Below, piece after piece: positions 52,003-64,000 of a stretch of DNA of 64,000 bases (position 1 is the stretch's first letter; each line of letters opens with the position of its first letter). The position numbers were made by a program, and so were the translations under genes. The notes under the pieces were generated by a model, which searched no databases, was not told where the DNA came from, and was given only the letters and a program-made list of their open reading frames with translations. Source of the DNA: Neocallimastix sp. 'constans' (lineage: Eukaryota); the NCBI GenBank assembly GCA_050613775.1, contig JBODTK010000143.1, positions 62,001 through 126,000 on the forward strand. The letters run 5' to 3'.

Positions 52003-54279
52003 ATGCCTTCCATTAGATCTGCTCTTGCTGCTCTTGGTATTTCTGCCGTTATGGCTGCTCCAATGACTAAGCGTGCTTCCGATGAATACGGTAATCGTGT
52101 TACTGAACTTTACAACAAAGTAACTGGTAATGGTTCTTACAGTTCTGAATATTTCTCAGCTGAAAAGGTTCCATATCACTCCGTTGAAACTCTTATGGTT
52201 GAAGCTCCAGATCATGGTCATGAATCTGTATCTGAAACTTTCTCTTTCTGGATTTGGTTAGAAGCCGTTAATGGTAAGATTACCGGTAACTACGATGGTG
52301 TTGAAGAAGCTTGGAGTTACTTAGAAAAGCACATTATTCCAGATAGCAAGAACCAACCAGGTAACAGTAGATACAATCCATCTTCTCCAGCTACTTATGC
52401 TGCTGAACATGATGATATTGATGGTTATCCATCACAACTTGTCTTCCAAGATGGTATTGTTGGAGAAGATCCAATTGCTAAGGAACTTCAACAAGCCTAT
52501 GGTAATTGGGATATTTACATTATGCACTGGATCATTGATGGTGATAACTGGTATGGATATGGTCAACAAGGAGATGGTAAGACTAAGCCATCTTTCATTA
52601 ACACCTTCCAACGTGGTCCTTCCGAATCTACTTGGAAGACTGTTCCACATCCATGTTGGGAATCCATGAAGTGGGGTGGTTCTAACGGTTTCTTAGATCT
52701 TTTCACCATTGATAATTCCTACGCCAAACAATGGAGATACACTGCAGCTCCAGATGCTGATGCTCGTGCCATTCAAGCTGCTTACTTCGCTTACATTTGG
52801 GCTGAAGAAGATGGAGTTAATCTTTCATCTGTTGCTTCTAAAGCTGCTAAGCTTGGTGATTACTTACGTTATGCTCAATACGATAAGTACTTCAAGAAGG
52901 TAGGTAACTGTGTTGGTTATCAACAATGTCAAGCTGGTCGTGGTAAGAATTCAGCTCACTATCTTATTTCATGGTACTTCGCTTGGGGTGGAGGTTTACA
53001 AGGAGATTGGGCTTGGAGAATTGGTTCATCTCACACTCACACTGGTTACCAAAATCCATTAGCCGCTTGGGTTCTTTCTACTCAATCTGCTTTCAAGCCA
53101 AAGTCTTCTACTGGTGCTAAGGATTGGGCTACTTCTCTTGACCGTCAATTAGAATTATTCAGATGGTTACAATCAGCTGAAGGTTGTATTGCTGGTGGAG
53201 CCACTAACTCATGGCAAGGTTCTTATGCTCAACCATCCAGTGATATCACATCCTTCTATGGTATGTGGTATGATTGGCAACCAGTTTACCACGATCCACC
53301 ATCCAACAACTGGACTGGTATGCAAGGTTGGGGTATGGAACGTGTTTGTTCTCTCTACTACCTTTCTGGTAATGAAAAGGCTGGAAAGATTTGTCAAGAA
53401 TGGGCCAAATGGGTTAAGAACACTACTCGTGTCAGTGGTGGTGAAGTTGTCCATGCTACTAACTTAGAATGGTCAGGTAATCCAGATGAATGGAATTCTT
53501 CCAACTTCAACAAATCTAACCTTAACCGTTCCCTACACGGTACTGTTTCTTCTGATGGTATTGATATTGGTACCATTGCTTCTATTATCAAGGGATTAAT
53601 GTGGGTTTCTATGAAGGATGGAGATCAAGAAGGTATTAATCTTTCTATTGATGTTATGGATGCTATTGAAAATTACAAGGATGATCTTGGTTATGGTACT
53701 ACCGAAGCTCGTGGTGATTACGATAAATTCGGAGGAGAAGTTTACATTCCAAGAGGATGGAGTGGTAAGAATGCTCAAGGTGCTAACATTAGAAATGGAG
53801 TTACTTTCATTGATATTCGTCCAAAATATAAGCAAGATCCAGATTGGGAACAAGTTGAAGCTTACCTTAATGGAGGAGAACCACCAGTATTCACTTATCA
53901 CAGATTCTGGGCTCAAACTGAAATTGCTGTTGCTAATGGTCTTATTTCTATTTATGATTTAAAGAAAGATGGTCCATCTCCAATTCCAATTGATGGTGAA
54001 CTTACTGAATGTCCAGCTTCAATTACCAACCAAGGATATGCTTGCTGTGCTGTTGGTTGTGAAGTTGTTTACACTGATAATGATGGTGAATGGGGAGTTG
54101 AAAACAATGAATGGTGTGGATGTGGTAAAGCACCAGCTCCAAAGCCAAAATGTTCTAGTGCTATTCTTGCTCAAGGATATTCATGCTGTTCTTCATGTGG
54201 TACCGTTTACTACACCGATGCTGATGGTGACTGGGGTGTTGAAAACAATGACTGGTGTGGTATGCCAACCAAATGTTAA
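52003..54279 (+). CDS. cel48A: Cellulosomal GH48 cellobiohydrolase with two C-terminal fungal dockerins (CBM10-like), 758 aa, copy 1
   Basis: Signal/propeptide ending in KR; GH48 motifs VPYHSVETLMVEAPDHGHES, INTFQRGPSESTW, APDADARA, YHRFWAQ; two dockerins (GY.CC..C.V.YTD.DG.WGVENN.WCG). Intronless with strong codon bias. Confidence 0.97.
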   Translation: MPSIRSALAALGISAVMAAPMTKRASDEYGNRVTELYNKVTGNGSYSSEYFSAEKVPYHSVETLMVEAPDHGHESVSETFSFWIWLEAVNGKITGNYDGVEEAWSYLEKHIIPDSKNQPGNSRYNPSSPATYAAEHDDIDGYPSQLVFQDGIVGEDPIAKELQQAYGNWDIYIMHWIIDGDNWYGYGQQGDGKTKPSFINTFQRGPSESTWKTVPHPCWESMKWGGSNGFLDLFTIDNSYAKQWRYTAAPDADARAIQAAYFAYIWAEEDGVNLSSVASKAAKLGDYLRYAQYDKYFKKVGNCVGYQQCQAGRGKNSAHYLISWYFAWGGGLQGDWAWRIGSSHTHTGYQNPLAAWVLSTQSAFKPKSSTGAKDWATSLDRQLELFRWLQSAEGCIAGGATNSWQGSYAQPSSDITSFYGMWYDWQPVYHDPPSNNWTGMQGWGMERVCSLYYLSGNEKAGKICQEWAKWVKNTTRVSGGEVVHATNLEWSGNPDEWNSSNFNKSNLNRSLHGTVSSDGIDIGTIASIIKGLMWVSMKDGDQEGINLSIDVMDAIENYKDDLGYGTTEARGDYDKFGGEVYIPRGWSGKNAQGANIRNGVTFIDIRPKYKQDPDWEQVEAYLNGGEPPVFTYHRFWAQTEIAVANGLISIYDLKKDGPSPIPIDGELTECPASITNQGYACCAVGCEVVYTDNDGEWGVENNEWCGCGKAPAPKPKCSSAILAQGYSCCSSCGTVYYTDADGDWGVENNDWCGMPTKC

Positions 54280-56036
54280 GATAATAAGTTTTTAAAGTTA
54301 TTCTTGAAATATAAATAAAATTATAAAATTACAAATTATTTTAAAAATGTAAAAAAAATTAAAAATATTAAAAATGAAAAAAATAATTTTAATATCAAAA
54401 ATTTATATTAAAATTATATATTGATTAATATATATCTATTTTTTTTATAAAAGAATTTAGATAAATAGTATCAATAAAATAAATACTAGTAAAAAAAATT
54501 AATGAAAATTAAATAAAAGTAAATTACAAAAAATATATAATAAATTAAAGATAATAACAAAAAAAGAATTAGTTCAATATTAAATTAAAATGTAGTTTAA
54601 TAATGAATAAATAAAAAAAAAGAATTAATAAAAATAAATATAAATTTGTTTTATTTTTTATATGTAATTGTGTTTATATTTAAAAGTGATTTTAAGAATT
54701 AATCGTGTTAATAATAAGGTAATAAAATATAGTAATATTTTATAAAAATATGTTTTTAATTTTGAGATGAAGTAATATATAAAAATATATTATTGTTATT
54801 AGTAAATAAATGAAATAATTTTAAAACTGATTATTCTTAAAAATTATAATCCAAATTTACAATAGAAAACATGTATTTATATTAAATAAATTAAAAAATA
54901 AATATAGTTTAAGTTGTTGTAACATTAATAATAATTATGGTAATTAAAGTAAAAAAAATATTGAAATAAATTAAAAAAAAAAAAAAGTGTAAAGCCTATA
55001 TCTTATATAATTTGTATATTAACTTGATTATTATATATTCTAAAAATACATGGTATATCTTTACCATTAAATTAGTATTAAAATTTTATCTTTAATGAAT
55101 TAAATAATTATGAGTAATAGAGTATTTATATATTTTATAATACAAAATTTACAATATATTTTTATTATATCATATTAGTCTATTTATATATAAAAATATA
55201 TTTTTTTTAATAATTATTAATTTTTAATGATGAAATTTAATTTAATTTATATTCTCTTTTTGTGTATGTAATATTTTTTCTGTTATAGTTTTAATGTAAT
55301 TTCGTCTATTAGTATAGCTTAATATAATGAATATGATAAAAAAAAAATTAGAAAATAAAAATATTATTAAATTTTTTTATCTTAAAAAAAAAATTAGAAA
55401 ATAAAAATATTATTAAATTTTTTTATCTTTAAAAAAAAAATTAATTATTTGAAATAAAAATTTAAAAAATATATATATATTTTTTTTTATAAAAAAACCT
55501 TTTACAAAATAATAATAATAATAATAATAAAATAATTAACTTTAATTACTTTTATAAAGTATTAATTTCTCAAGTATCAATAAAAAATAATATACATATA
55601 TATATATATATTTTTTTTTTTAAATTTTATAATCCTATATATAAGATATAATATATAATATATTATTATAATTTACTTATCATTTTTTTTAACATATAAA
55701 AAGGGAAATATTTTTTATATAAAAAAATAATTATTTAAATTATATTAATTTTAAATTTTTTTTTTTTTTAATCGTAATCCATTTATAATTAATAAAATAC
55801 AAAATAAGCAATTATTAATAGTTGTCTTTTTTTTTTTTTTTATGTTGTGGGTTTGCTTCATTTTTTTTTTATTTCATTAAATTTATTTTAAATAATATAT
55901 ATATATATTATTATAAAATAGAAAAAACTAAAAAATTTTATCAATAAAGTTCATTTAATATATTCATAATACTATAATGTTACAGTTTAAATATTTTAAA
56001 TATTTCTTTTTTTTATTTTATTTAATTTATTTCCTT

Positions 56037-56091
<55 letters not shown>

Positions 56092-56922
56092 TTTTAAATG
56101 AAAAAAAAAAAATTTGATATTTTTCTCAATTATTGGGAGAAATTTACATTAAAAATTATATATTATATAAATTATTATAATATTAATCATTTAGCATTAC
56201 TAATAACAATATTATTATAAATTTTAATTTAAATTTCCGCAATATTCAACACTATCAATACTAATTTAAATACCCGCATTTTTATTATCAATATAAATTC
56301 AAATTTCCGCAATACATCAACTGTGATTATTAATAATTTATGACATTAGGATTAACAATATTACTGATTATCTATCTTAAATGGCTCATACAATTATTAA
56401 TTTTTTTTTAATGATAAATTAATTTCTATTTGTTTAATGTATAAAAATGATACAATATTGTTAATATTCCAAAATTATGTATAAAAATTTAAAATAATAA
56501 AAAATAATTAAAATAACAATAACAATAATATAACTGGGTAATTTTATATTAAATATATATATTGTATGTATATTGTATATATATATATATTGATATATTT
56601 TTTTTGTATATAAAAATATTTCATATAAACATTCCTTTTACCTGATTTTACTTTTTGTTCTATATTATCTAATGAATAAACTTTAAAAATAAACATTTTT
56701 TTTAAATATAAAAACAATATATATTAACTAGAATTTTTTTTGAGAATATAATTAATTTTCTTTTTTTTTCTTTTCTTTATTCAATCTTCTAATTTCCATT
56801 TTTCTAAATGAAGTAATGTGCCCATTTTTTTTTTTAATATAACATAAATTAAATATTAATTTATTAATTATAGGGTTCTTAAATAATAATAATAAAAAAA
56901 AAAAAAAAAAAAAAAAAAGAAC

Positions 56923-56956
<34 letters not shown>

Positions 56957-58980
56957 TTGGGATATTATAGTAAATATAGTTATGTTTTTGTTATACTATT
57001 TATTTTAAATAAATGTATTTAAATATGAAATTATTTAAATATATAGTTTATTTTAGATATAAAAAATTTTATTACATCATTAGATACATTTAAAACAATA
57101 TTTATTATTATTAAAATTAAAAATATTAAAGAATTTAAAAAAACTTTTTAATTTTAAATATGGGATACTGAAAATTTAAAAATTTTTTAATTAAACTTTT
57201 ACTGTAATGCCTTATTTTTCATTTTCAAAAGATAAATTTATGTTTTTAATAATATTATGTTAATGACATCATCTTTTATACCATTTTTTGTTTTATTATT
57301 ATTAATATTATTATTAGACTATGCATATAACTTTATATCGTTGGAATAATGGAATAATATTATAAATATTTTTTAAAAATAAAAAATATAAAAATTAAGA
57401 TTACAATTATGTAATATTTTAATTAATATTCTTTAATAATTTTAATCCAAATAAAATTTTTTATTAATAAAGAAAAAATATTATATATATATGGTATATT
57501 TGTCTAATTTCTAATTTCTTTACAGAATTAAAATTTAATTAATTTACTTTTATAAATTTTTAGTATTTAAGGTAACAAGTAAAATATATATATATATATA
57601 TTAAAAAAAGTGAAATAAAGAATTTTTTTAATTTTTTTTTTTTTTTGAGAAATTTTTTGGTTATAATTAATAAGGATTAATATAACCAAATTATTAATAT
57701 TATACAATTTTTTTGGAATATTTGTATATACTTTATACTTTTAATATTATGTATATCCAAAAAAAAGGAACCAAAAAAGGATATTAATTTAATATTATTA
57801 TTAGAATTATGATAATTAAATAATATTCTTATAATAATCTTAATTATATAAAACTTCTTAATTATTTTAAATAAAATTATTTTTTATTTGTGAAATAATA
57901 TTAATTACTATAATTATTATTTTACTATTTATTATTTTAATTATTTAAAATTATTATATGATTAAATGATTATTATTTATCTTATTAATTGATATGTCTA
58001 GTATTTCATTGGAAAGATTTTAATTATGACTATTTTAACTAATATACATAAATTCATCATATATGTTGAAAAATACAAAAAAAAAAGTTTATTTATATAT
58101 ATTTATTTTTTAATATATTTTTTAATTAATAAAGTTATATTTTAATTCTATATGTATATTAAATACATATATATTTTAATTACTTTTTCTTTTTATATAC
58201 ATAATAATATATATATTAATTATATTTTTTTCTTTTTATATACAAAATACCAAATATTATTGATATTTTTCAATTGTATATATTGTAATATATTCAAATA
58301 TAAATAAAAGTTTACTATTATATTAAGAACAAGTTAATATATTTATATTAAATTCTATTTACTAAATATTAAATAATAATTAATAAAATTTTAATTAACA
58401 TTAATTAATTGAAAAATTGTTTACTTAATTAAACAAATATTTTAATAATGGAACATTTTTCATTAAATTGAGAAAAATATAAATTATAATAAATATATTA
58501 TATAATTTTAATATATAATATATTAAAAATAAAAAATAAAAATAAAAATTAAAAAAATTCTATATTTATTTATTAATAAAGATAATATATAATAATAAAT
58601 ATTATTATTATATTAAATTATTTATTAATAATAGAAGAAGTAAATTGATTAAATCAAAACATGTAATATTCATATTAATATTTAATAATTATTTAAATAT
58701 ATTTTTAGTTTTTTATTAAAAAATGTTAACAAAAATAAAATAATTATTTCATTTATTCAAATAAAAAAATTTTACATGTATTTGCTTTTTGGTTATTCTA
58801 ATTGTATATAGTTTATTTATAAATTACAAATTATTGTAATAATTTATTTATATATTTATTCAAAAAAAAAAAAAAAAGTATATAAACTTTTATATTTTCT
58901 TGAAATTTTTTATTTCATAATTTATCAATTAAAAAAATAAATATTTTTTAAATATTATTTTTATTTTTGAGAAATATATT

Positions 58981-59001
58981 TTGTTCGCAGGAACGAACTT
59001 T
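58981..59001 (+). promoter_or_regulatory. Conserved 21-nt dyad motif upstream of GH48 copy 2 (TTGTTCGCAGGAACGAACTTT)
   Basis: 20/21 identical to 51886-51906. Lies downstream of a TATA-like GTATATAAA (~58878). Confidence 0.65.
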
Positions 59002-59128
59002 TGAAAACTATTTTTTGAATTAAAAATCAGTTTTTTTTTTCTATTATAAATAATTTATAACTTTTTTTTTTTTTTTTTTTTTGGAAATTATTTATTACAA
59101 TTTTTGATTGTTAAATTAAAAAAAAAGG

Positions 59129-61405
59129 ATGCCTTCCATTAGATCTGCTCTTGCTGCTCTTGGTATTTCTGCCGTTATGGCTGCTCCAATGACTAAGCGT
59201 GCTTCCGATGAATACGGTAATCGTGTTACTGAACTTTACAACAAAGTAACTGGTAATGGTTCTTACAGTTCTGAATATTTCTCAGCTGAAAAGGTTCCAT
59301 ATCACTCCGTTGAAACTCTTATGGTTGAAGCTCCAGATCATGGTCATGAATCTGTATCTGAAACTTTCTCTTTCTGGATTTGGTTAGAAGCCGTTAATGG
59401 TAAGATTACTGGTAACTACGATGGTGTTGAAGAAGCTTGGAGTTACTTAGAAAAGCACATCATTCCAGATAGCAAGAACCAACCAGGTAACAGTAGATAC
59501 AATCCATCTTCTCCAGCTACTTATGCTGCTGAACATGATGATATTGATGGTTATCCATCACAACTTGTCTTCCAAGATGGTATTGTTGGAGAAGATCCAA
59601 TTGCTAAGGAACTTCAACAAGCCTATGGTAATTGGGATATTTACATTATGCACTGGATCATTGATGGTGATAACTGGTATGGATATGGTCAACAAGGAGA
59701 TGGTAAGACTAAGCCATCTTTCATTAACACCTTCCAACGTGGTCCTTCCGAATCTACTTGGAAGACTGTTCCACATCCATGTTGGGAATCCATGAAGTGG
59801 GGTGGTTCTAACGGTTTCTTAGATCTTTTCACCATTGATAATTCCTACGCCAAACAATGGAGATACACTGCAGCTCCAGATGCTGATGCTCGTGCCATTC
59901 AAGCTGCTTACTTCGCTTACATTTGGGCTGAAGAAGATGGAGTTAATCTTTCATCTGTTGCTTCTAAAGCTGCTAAGCTTGGTGATTACTTACGTTATGC
60001 TCAATACGATAAGTACTTCAAGAAGGTAGGTAACTGTGTTGGTTATCAACAATGTCAAGCTGGTCGTGGTAAGAATTCAGCTCACTATCTTATTTCATGG
60101 TACTTCGCTTGGGGTGGAGGTTTACAAGGAGATTGGGCTTGGAGAATTGGTTCATCTCACACTCACACTGGTTACCAAAATCCATTAGCCGCTTGGGTTC
60201 TTTCTACTCAATCTGCTTTCAAGCCAAAGTCTTCTACTGGTGCTAAGGATTGGGCTACTTCTCTTGACCGTCAATTAGAATTATTCAGATGGTTACAATC
60301 AGCTGAAGGTTGTATTGCTGGTGGAGCCACTAACTCATGGCAAGGTTCTTATGCTCAACCATCCAGTGATATCACATCCTTCTATGGTATGTGGTATGAT
60401 TGGCAACCAGTTTACCACGATCCACCATCCAACAACTGGACTGGTATGCAAGGTTGGGGTATGGAACGTGTTTGTTCTCTCTACTACCTTTCTGGTAATG
60501 AAAAGGCTGGAAAGATTTGTCAAGAATGGGCCAAATGGGTTAAGAACACTACTCGTGTCAGTGGTGGTGAAGTTGTCCATGCTACTAACTTAGAATGGTC
60601 AGGTAATCCAGATGAATGGAATTCTTCCAACTTCAACAAGTCTAACCTTAACCGTTCCCTTCATGGTACTGTCTCTTCTGATGGTATTGATATTGGTACC
60701 ATTGCTTCTATTATTAAGGGATTAATGTGGGTTTCTATGAAGGATGGAGATCAAGAAGGTATTAATCTTTCTATTGATGTTATGGATGCTATTGAAAATT
60801 ACAAGGATGATCTTGGTTATGGTACTACCGAAGCTCGTGGTGATTACGATAAATTCGGAGGAGAAGTTTACATTCCAAGAGGATGGAGTGGTAAGAATGC
60901 TCAAGGTGCTAACATTAGAAATGGAGTTACTTTCATTGATATTCGTCCAAAATATAAGCAAGATCCAGATTGGGAACAAGTTGAAGCTTACCTTAATGGA
61001 GGAGAACCACCAGTTTTCACTTATCACAGATTCTGGGCTCAAACTGAAATTGCTGTTGCTAATGGTCTTATTTCTATTTATGATTTAAAGAAAGATGGTC
61101 CATCTCCAATTCCAATTGATGGTGAACTTACTGAATGTCCAGCTTCAATTACCAACCAAGGATATGCTTGCTGTGCTGTTGGTTGTGAAGTTGTTTACAC
61201 TGATAATGATGGTGAATGGGGAGTTGAAAACAATGAATGGTGTGGATGTGGTAAAGCACCAGCTCCAAAGCCAAAATGTTCTAGTGCTATTCTTGCTCAA
61301 GGATATTCATGCTGTTCTTCATGTGGTACCGTTTACTATACCGATGCTGATGGTGACTGGGGTGTTGAAAACAATGACTGGTGTGGTATGCCAACTAAAT
61401 GCTAA
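59129..61405 (+). CDS. cel48A: Cellulosomal GH48 cellobiohydrolase with two dockerins, 758 aa, copy 2
   Basis: Protein reads identical to copy 1; only synonymous differences seen. Confidence 0.97.
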   Translation: MPSIRSALAALGISAVMAAPMTKRASDEYGNRVTELYNKVTGNGSYSSEYFSAEKVPYHSVETLMVEAPDHGHESVSETFSFWIWLEAVNGKITGNYDGVEEAWSYLEKHIIPDSKNQPGNSRYNPSSPATYAAEHDDIDGYPSQLVFQDGIVGEDPIAKELQQAYGNWDIYIMHWIIDGDNWYGYGQQGDGKTKPSFINTFQRGPSESTWKTVPHPCWESMKWGGSNGFLDLFTIDNSYAKQWRYTAAPDADARAIQAAYFAYIWAEEDGVNLSSVASKAAKLGDYLRYAQYDKYFKKVGNCVGYQQCQAGRGKNSAHYLISWYFAWGGGLQGDWAWRIGSSHTHTGYQNPLAAWVLSTQSAFKPKSSTGAKDWATSLDRQLELFRWLQSAEGCIAGGATNSWQGSYAQPSSDITSFYGMWYDWQPVYHDPPSNNWTGMQGWGMERVCSLYYLSGNEKAGKICQEWAKWVKNTTRVSGGEVVHATNLEWSGNPDEWNSSNFNKSNLNRSLHGTVSSDGIDIGTIASIIKGLMWVSMKDGDQEGINLSIDVMDAIENYKDDLGYGTTEARGDYDKFGGEVYIPRGWSGKNAQGANIRNGVTFIDIRPKYKQDPDWEQVEAYLNGGEPPVFTYHRFWAQTEIAVANGLISIYDLKKDGPSPIPIDGELTECPASITNQGYACCAVGCEVVYTDNDGEWGVENNEWCGCGKAPAPKPKCSSAILAQGYSCCSSCGTVYYTDADGDWGVENNDWCGMPTKC

Positions 61406-62449
61406 ACTTTACAATTTATCTTAATTTAAGAAATTGAAAATATAAAAATTTTCAAAAAAAAAGTTCAAAAAAAAAAAAAATAAATACAATAAGAATAAAA
61501 ATAAAATAATATTTTTTTATGCTTTCAAAAATATTATTTATAAAATATTTTTAGGACATGAAAATTTATTTAATAAAATTGATGATTATTTTTATTTTGT
61601 AATCATTAATATGAAAAAAATTAAGAAAATAAAATAATTAATAATAAGAACATTAATCTTTTTTTTTATTTTTTTTTAAAAAAAATAATAATAATACAAA
61701 CATCAATCTTTTTTTTTAAAGAAATTGAAATAATTAATAAAAATATCAATCTTTTTTTAAATAAAAAAAAATTAAATCAATTAATTAAAAACATTAATCA
61801 AAAAAGAATCACTAATTATAAAATAATATCAAAAAAAAATTTTTTTTTTATCTTTTTGTCTTTGTTTGATACAAAGAAAAAGAAATAAAAAATTTTATAT
61901 TTTAAATATTTAATAAGAAATATTTAATTATATAATATAAAAAATTTAATAGTCGATCTATAAAAAATAGATGGCATTTTAAAATTAAAATTAAAATTTA
62001 AGATTAAATCAATTGAAATAATAAAGAATATGTAATAAATCAAACTATAAAATAAAATTAAAAATAAAATAAAATTTTATTTAAAAAAAAAAAATGAAAT
62101 TTAATTAATAAATAATATGTTTATTATATTTTTTGAATTGAAATATTTAAAATTAATCTTTTTATTATTTATTTTCTAATATTCATATATATAATATATA
62201 TATAATATGCATAGTATAAAAAACTAGAAAATTTTAATATATAAAATAAATTGATATTAGTTATATTATTAATGAATATGTCGGATTTAATTAATATTTT
62301 TTAAAAAAGAAGAATCTTTGCTTTAAAAATAATTATTATAATTATAAATAATATTCAAACGTAAGAATTATTTTGACATTAGAGTATATGATGAATTATA
62401 AAAAGTGAAGTAAAAAAAAAATACTTAATTAGTAAATAAATAAATAAAT

Positions 62450-63903
62450 AATACCCTATACAATATTAATAGAAATATTGAATGTGTTATATGGAATGGT
62501 GATTTTCAAAAATCATGGAATAATGCATCAATAGTTTCTATTTATAAAAAAGGGAATCCAGCAGATATCAATAATGGATTAAAATTTGTTGCAAAAAATC
62601 ATTACTAATAGAATCCCTAACTATGGAATTAATAAAGGATTTATTAGACCAGAATAATTTAGTTTTCGTAACCGAGAAGAATGCATTAAGTCTTTACACT
62701 TCATTAATAATTATATATCAGAAACAAAAAATTTGAAACTAAAGATACTTATATTGTTTTTTCTTTAACCTTAGAAAGTTGTATGATTCTGTTCCTATAT
62801 AATGTATTAATGAAGATTCATCCCTTAGGCATCAAAGGTGTAAATGCTATAATTTTATTGAAAAAGTATATTTATCTTCCAAGTCTTGTTTAAGGTCAGA
62901 TGTACAATTATAGGAATCATTTAATATTAAGAAAGGTGTTCATTAAGGTTATTCCCTCTCACTAATTTTTATTTAACTTCTTCATTAATGACATTTTTAA
63001 TAAATGTAATAAAATACAGAATCTTTATTGATGATAAACGTTGTTGTGGAGGTCTTTTTGCAAGATGACATTTGTGTAATACAACTCGAAAAAAGATCTC
63101 AACTTAAGAAACTATTAAAATTAGCCATTTAATTGGCTAGAAATAATGAAATGCATTTTAGTATCAATTAATGTGCAAAATTAATCGTATGAGTGGAAGT
63201 TTCCAAGTTTATTAATATATAAAAGATCCTCCTTTTTTATCTTTCAAGAGAAGAGTTACTGAAAACCGAATTGCTATACCTAACTCGGTGTATCGTTTTA
63301 AAATGATTTAGAACTGAAGCCTATCATATGGAGAATGAATAATAAAGTTAGAAAAGCACTTTTTTTATTTAAAAGGATTTATTATGAATCCTCATATTCC
63401 TTTTCTTTATACATGAATGTTATTTTTATGCTATATTATTTGGTCAAGTTTCGTATTATGCACCTCTCTACTTGGATCAAACAAAGAAAGAACGAGAAGT
63501 ATACAGACCCAAGTTAATACAGGAATTATAATGGATTGAAGGACTTTCTAATGAGAATAATTTTACATCCATTTATTGTATTTCTAAAAAACTTAACACT
63601 CCTCCTCTTTTGGCGAAATGTACGATTATTCAGGTAAGGTGTTATTAAAAAATAGAAAAACTTGAATTGTATTATCTCTGCTTTACTTAAAGATTTATCA
63701 TGTTATAGACGTTATGCATGGGATAAAGAAAAGAAAAGTAAAAATTTTAGCAGATAAATTAGATAAATTTTCATCAAAAAAAAAAAAAAAAAAAAAAAAC
63801 AATTGTAAACTTTTACTAGGAAAGAGATATGGCAGGAAAATCGATAAAGGTTATGGCTTTTAAAAAAAAATGAATTTGAGAAAACTAAAGAATATTTAAA
63901 GCT
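62450..63903 (+). mobile_element. Degenerate non-LTR (LINE) retrotransposon reverse-transcriptase fragment
   Basis: Broken translation gives WNNASIVSIYKKGNPADINN, GLKFVAK, ITNRI, GFIRPE..FRNREECI, LRKLYDSVP, KKGV..GYSLSLI, LFNFFINDIF and a disrupted F(A)DDI at ~63055-63072. Many stops and frameshifts. Confidence 0.85.
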
Positions 63904-63904
63904 C

Positions 63905-64000
63905 TTTGGCTTTGGAGCTGGTGCTTTACCACATCCACACCATTCATTGTTTTCAACTCCCCATTCACCATCACCATCAGTGTAAACAACTTCACAACCA
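63905..64000 (-). pseudogene. 3' part of a probable third, inverted GH48-dockerin gene, truncated after dockerin 1 (continues beyond the window)
   Basis: Reverse complement reads [32 protein letters not shown], near-identical to 54054-54149 except Asn->Gly. Homology then stops and runs into the LINE remnant. Confidence 0.8.

Noticed and set aside
55337..55442. Short direct repeats (also 7101-7190 and 48201-48262)
   Set aside because: Ordinary slippage duplications in AT-rich spacers, with no sign of function.
52003..61405. GH48 duplication as a pure assembly artefact
   Set aside because: The copies differ by synonymous-only changes and have distinct flanks, each with its own motif variant. 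Read-level confirmation is still desirable.
52397..61424. Many short ORFs overlapping the GH48 genes
   Set aside because: Shadow frames caused by strong codon bias; repeated in both copies only because the DNA is duplicated.

Overview
Extremely AT-rich eukaryotic genomic DNA with GT-AG introns. The dockerin-bearing GH48 cellulases and CotH gene point to an anaerobic gut fungus (Neocallimastigomycota). Genes I can support: an intronless 7TM receptor-like gene; a 5-exon membrane-anchored alpha/beta hydrolase; a convergent pair of spliced LRR single-pass receptor-like genes missed by the ORF track; a 1307-aa ankyrin protein with a 134-codon Asp-rich tract; a CotH kinase-CBM18 fusion; and two tandem GH48-double-dockerin genes plus the truncated 3' end of a probable third, inverted copy. 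Repeats: three Ty1/copia remnants, a LINE remnant, two related TIR elements whose empty insertion sites survive in an adjacent duplicate, and a modular AT-rich satellite forming large inverted arrays. Top leads: (1) the LRR genes, with one repeat per symmetrical phase-2 exon, a recent exon duplication, Cys-rich juxtamembrane segments and, in one paralogue, LPPY/PTAP sorting motifs; (2) a 21-nt GC-rich dyad motif conserved upstream of both GH48 genes although the rest of the flanks has diverged. All splicing, alignments and counts were done by eye and no database searches were run.
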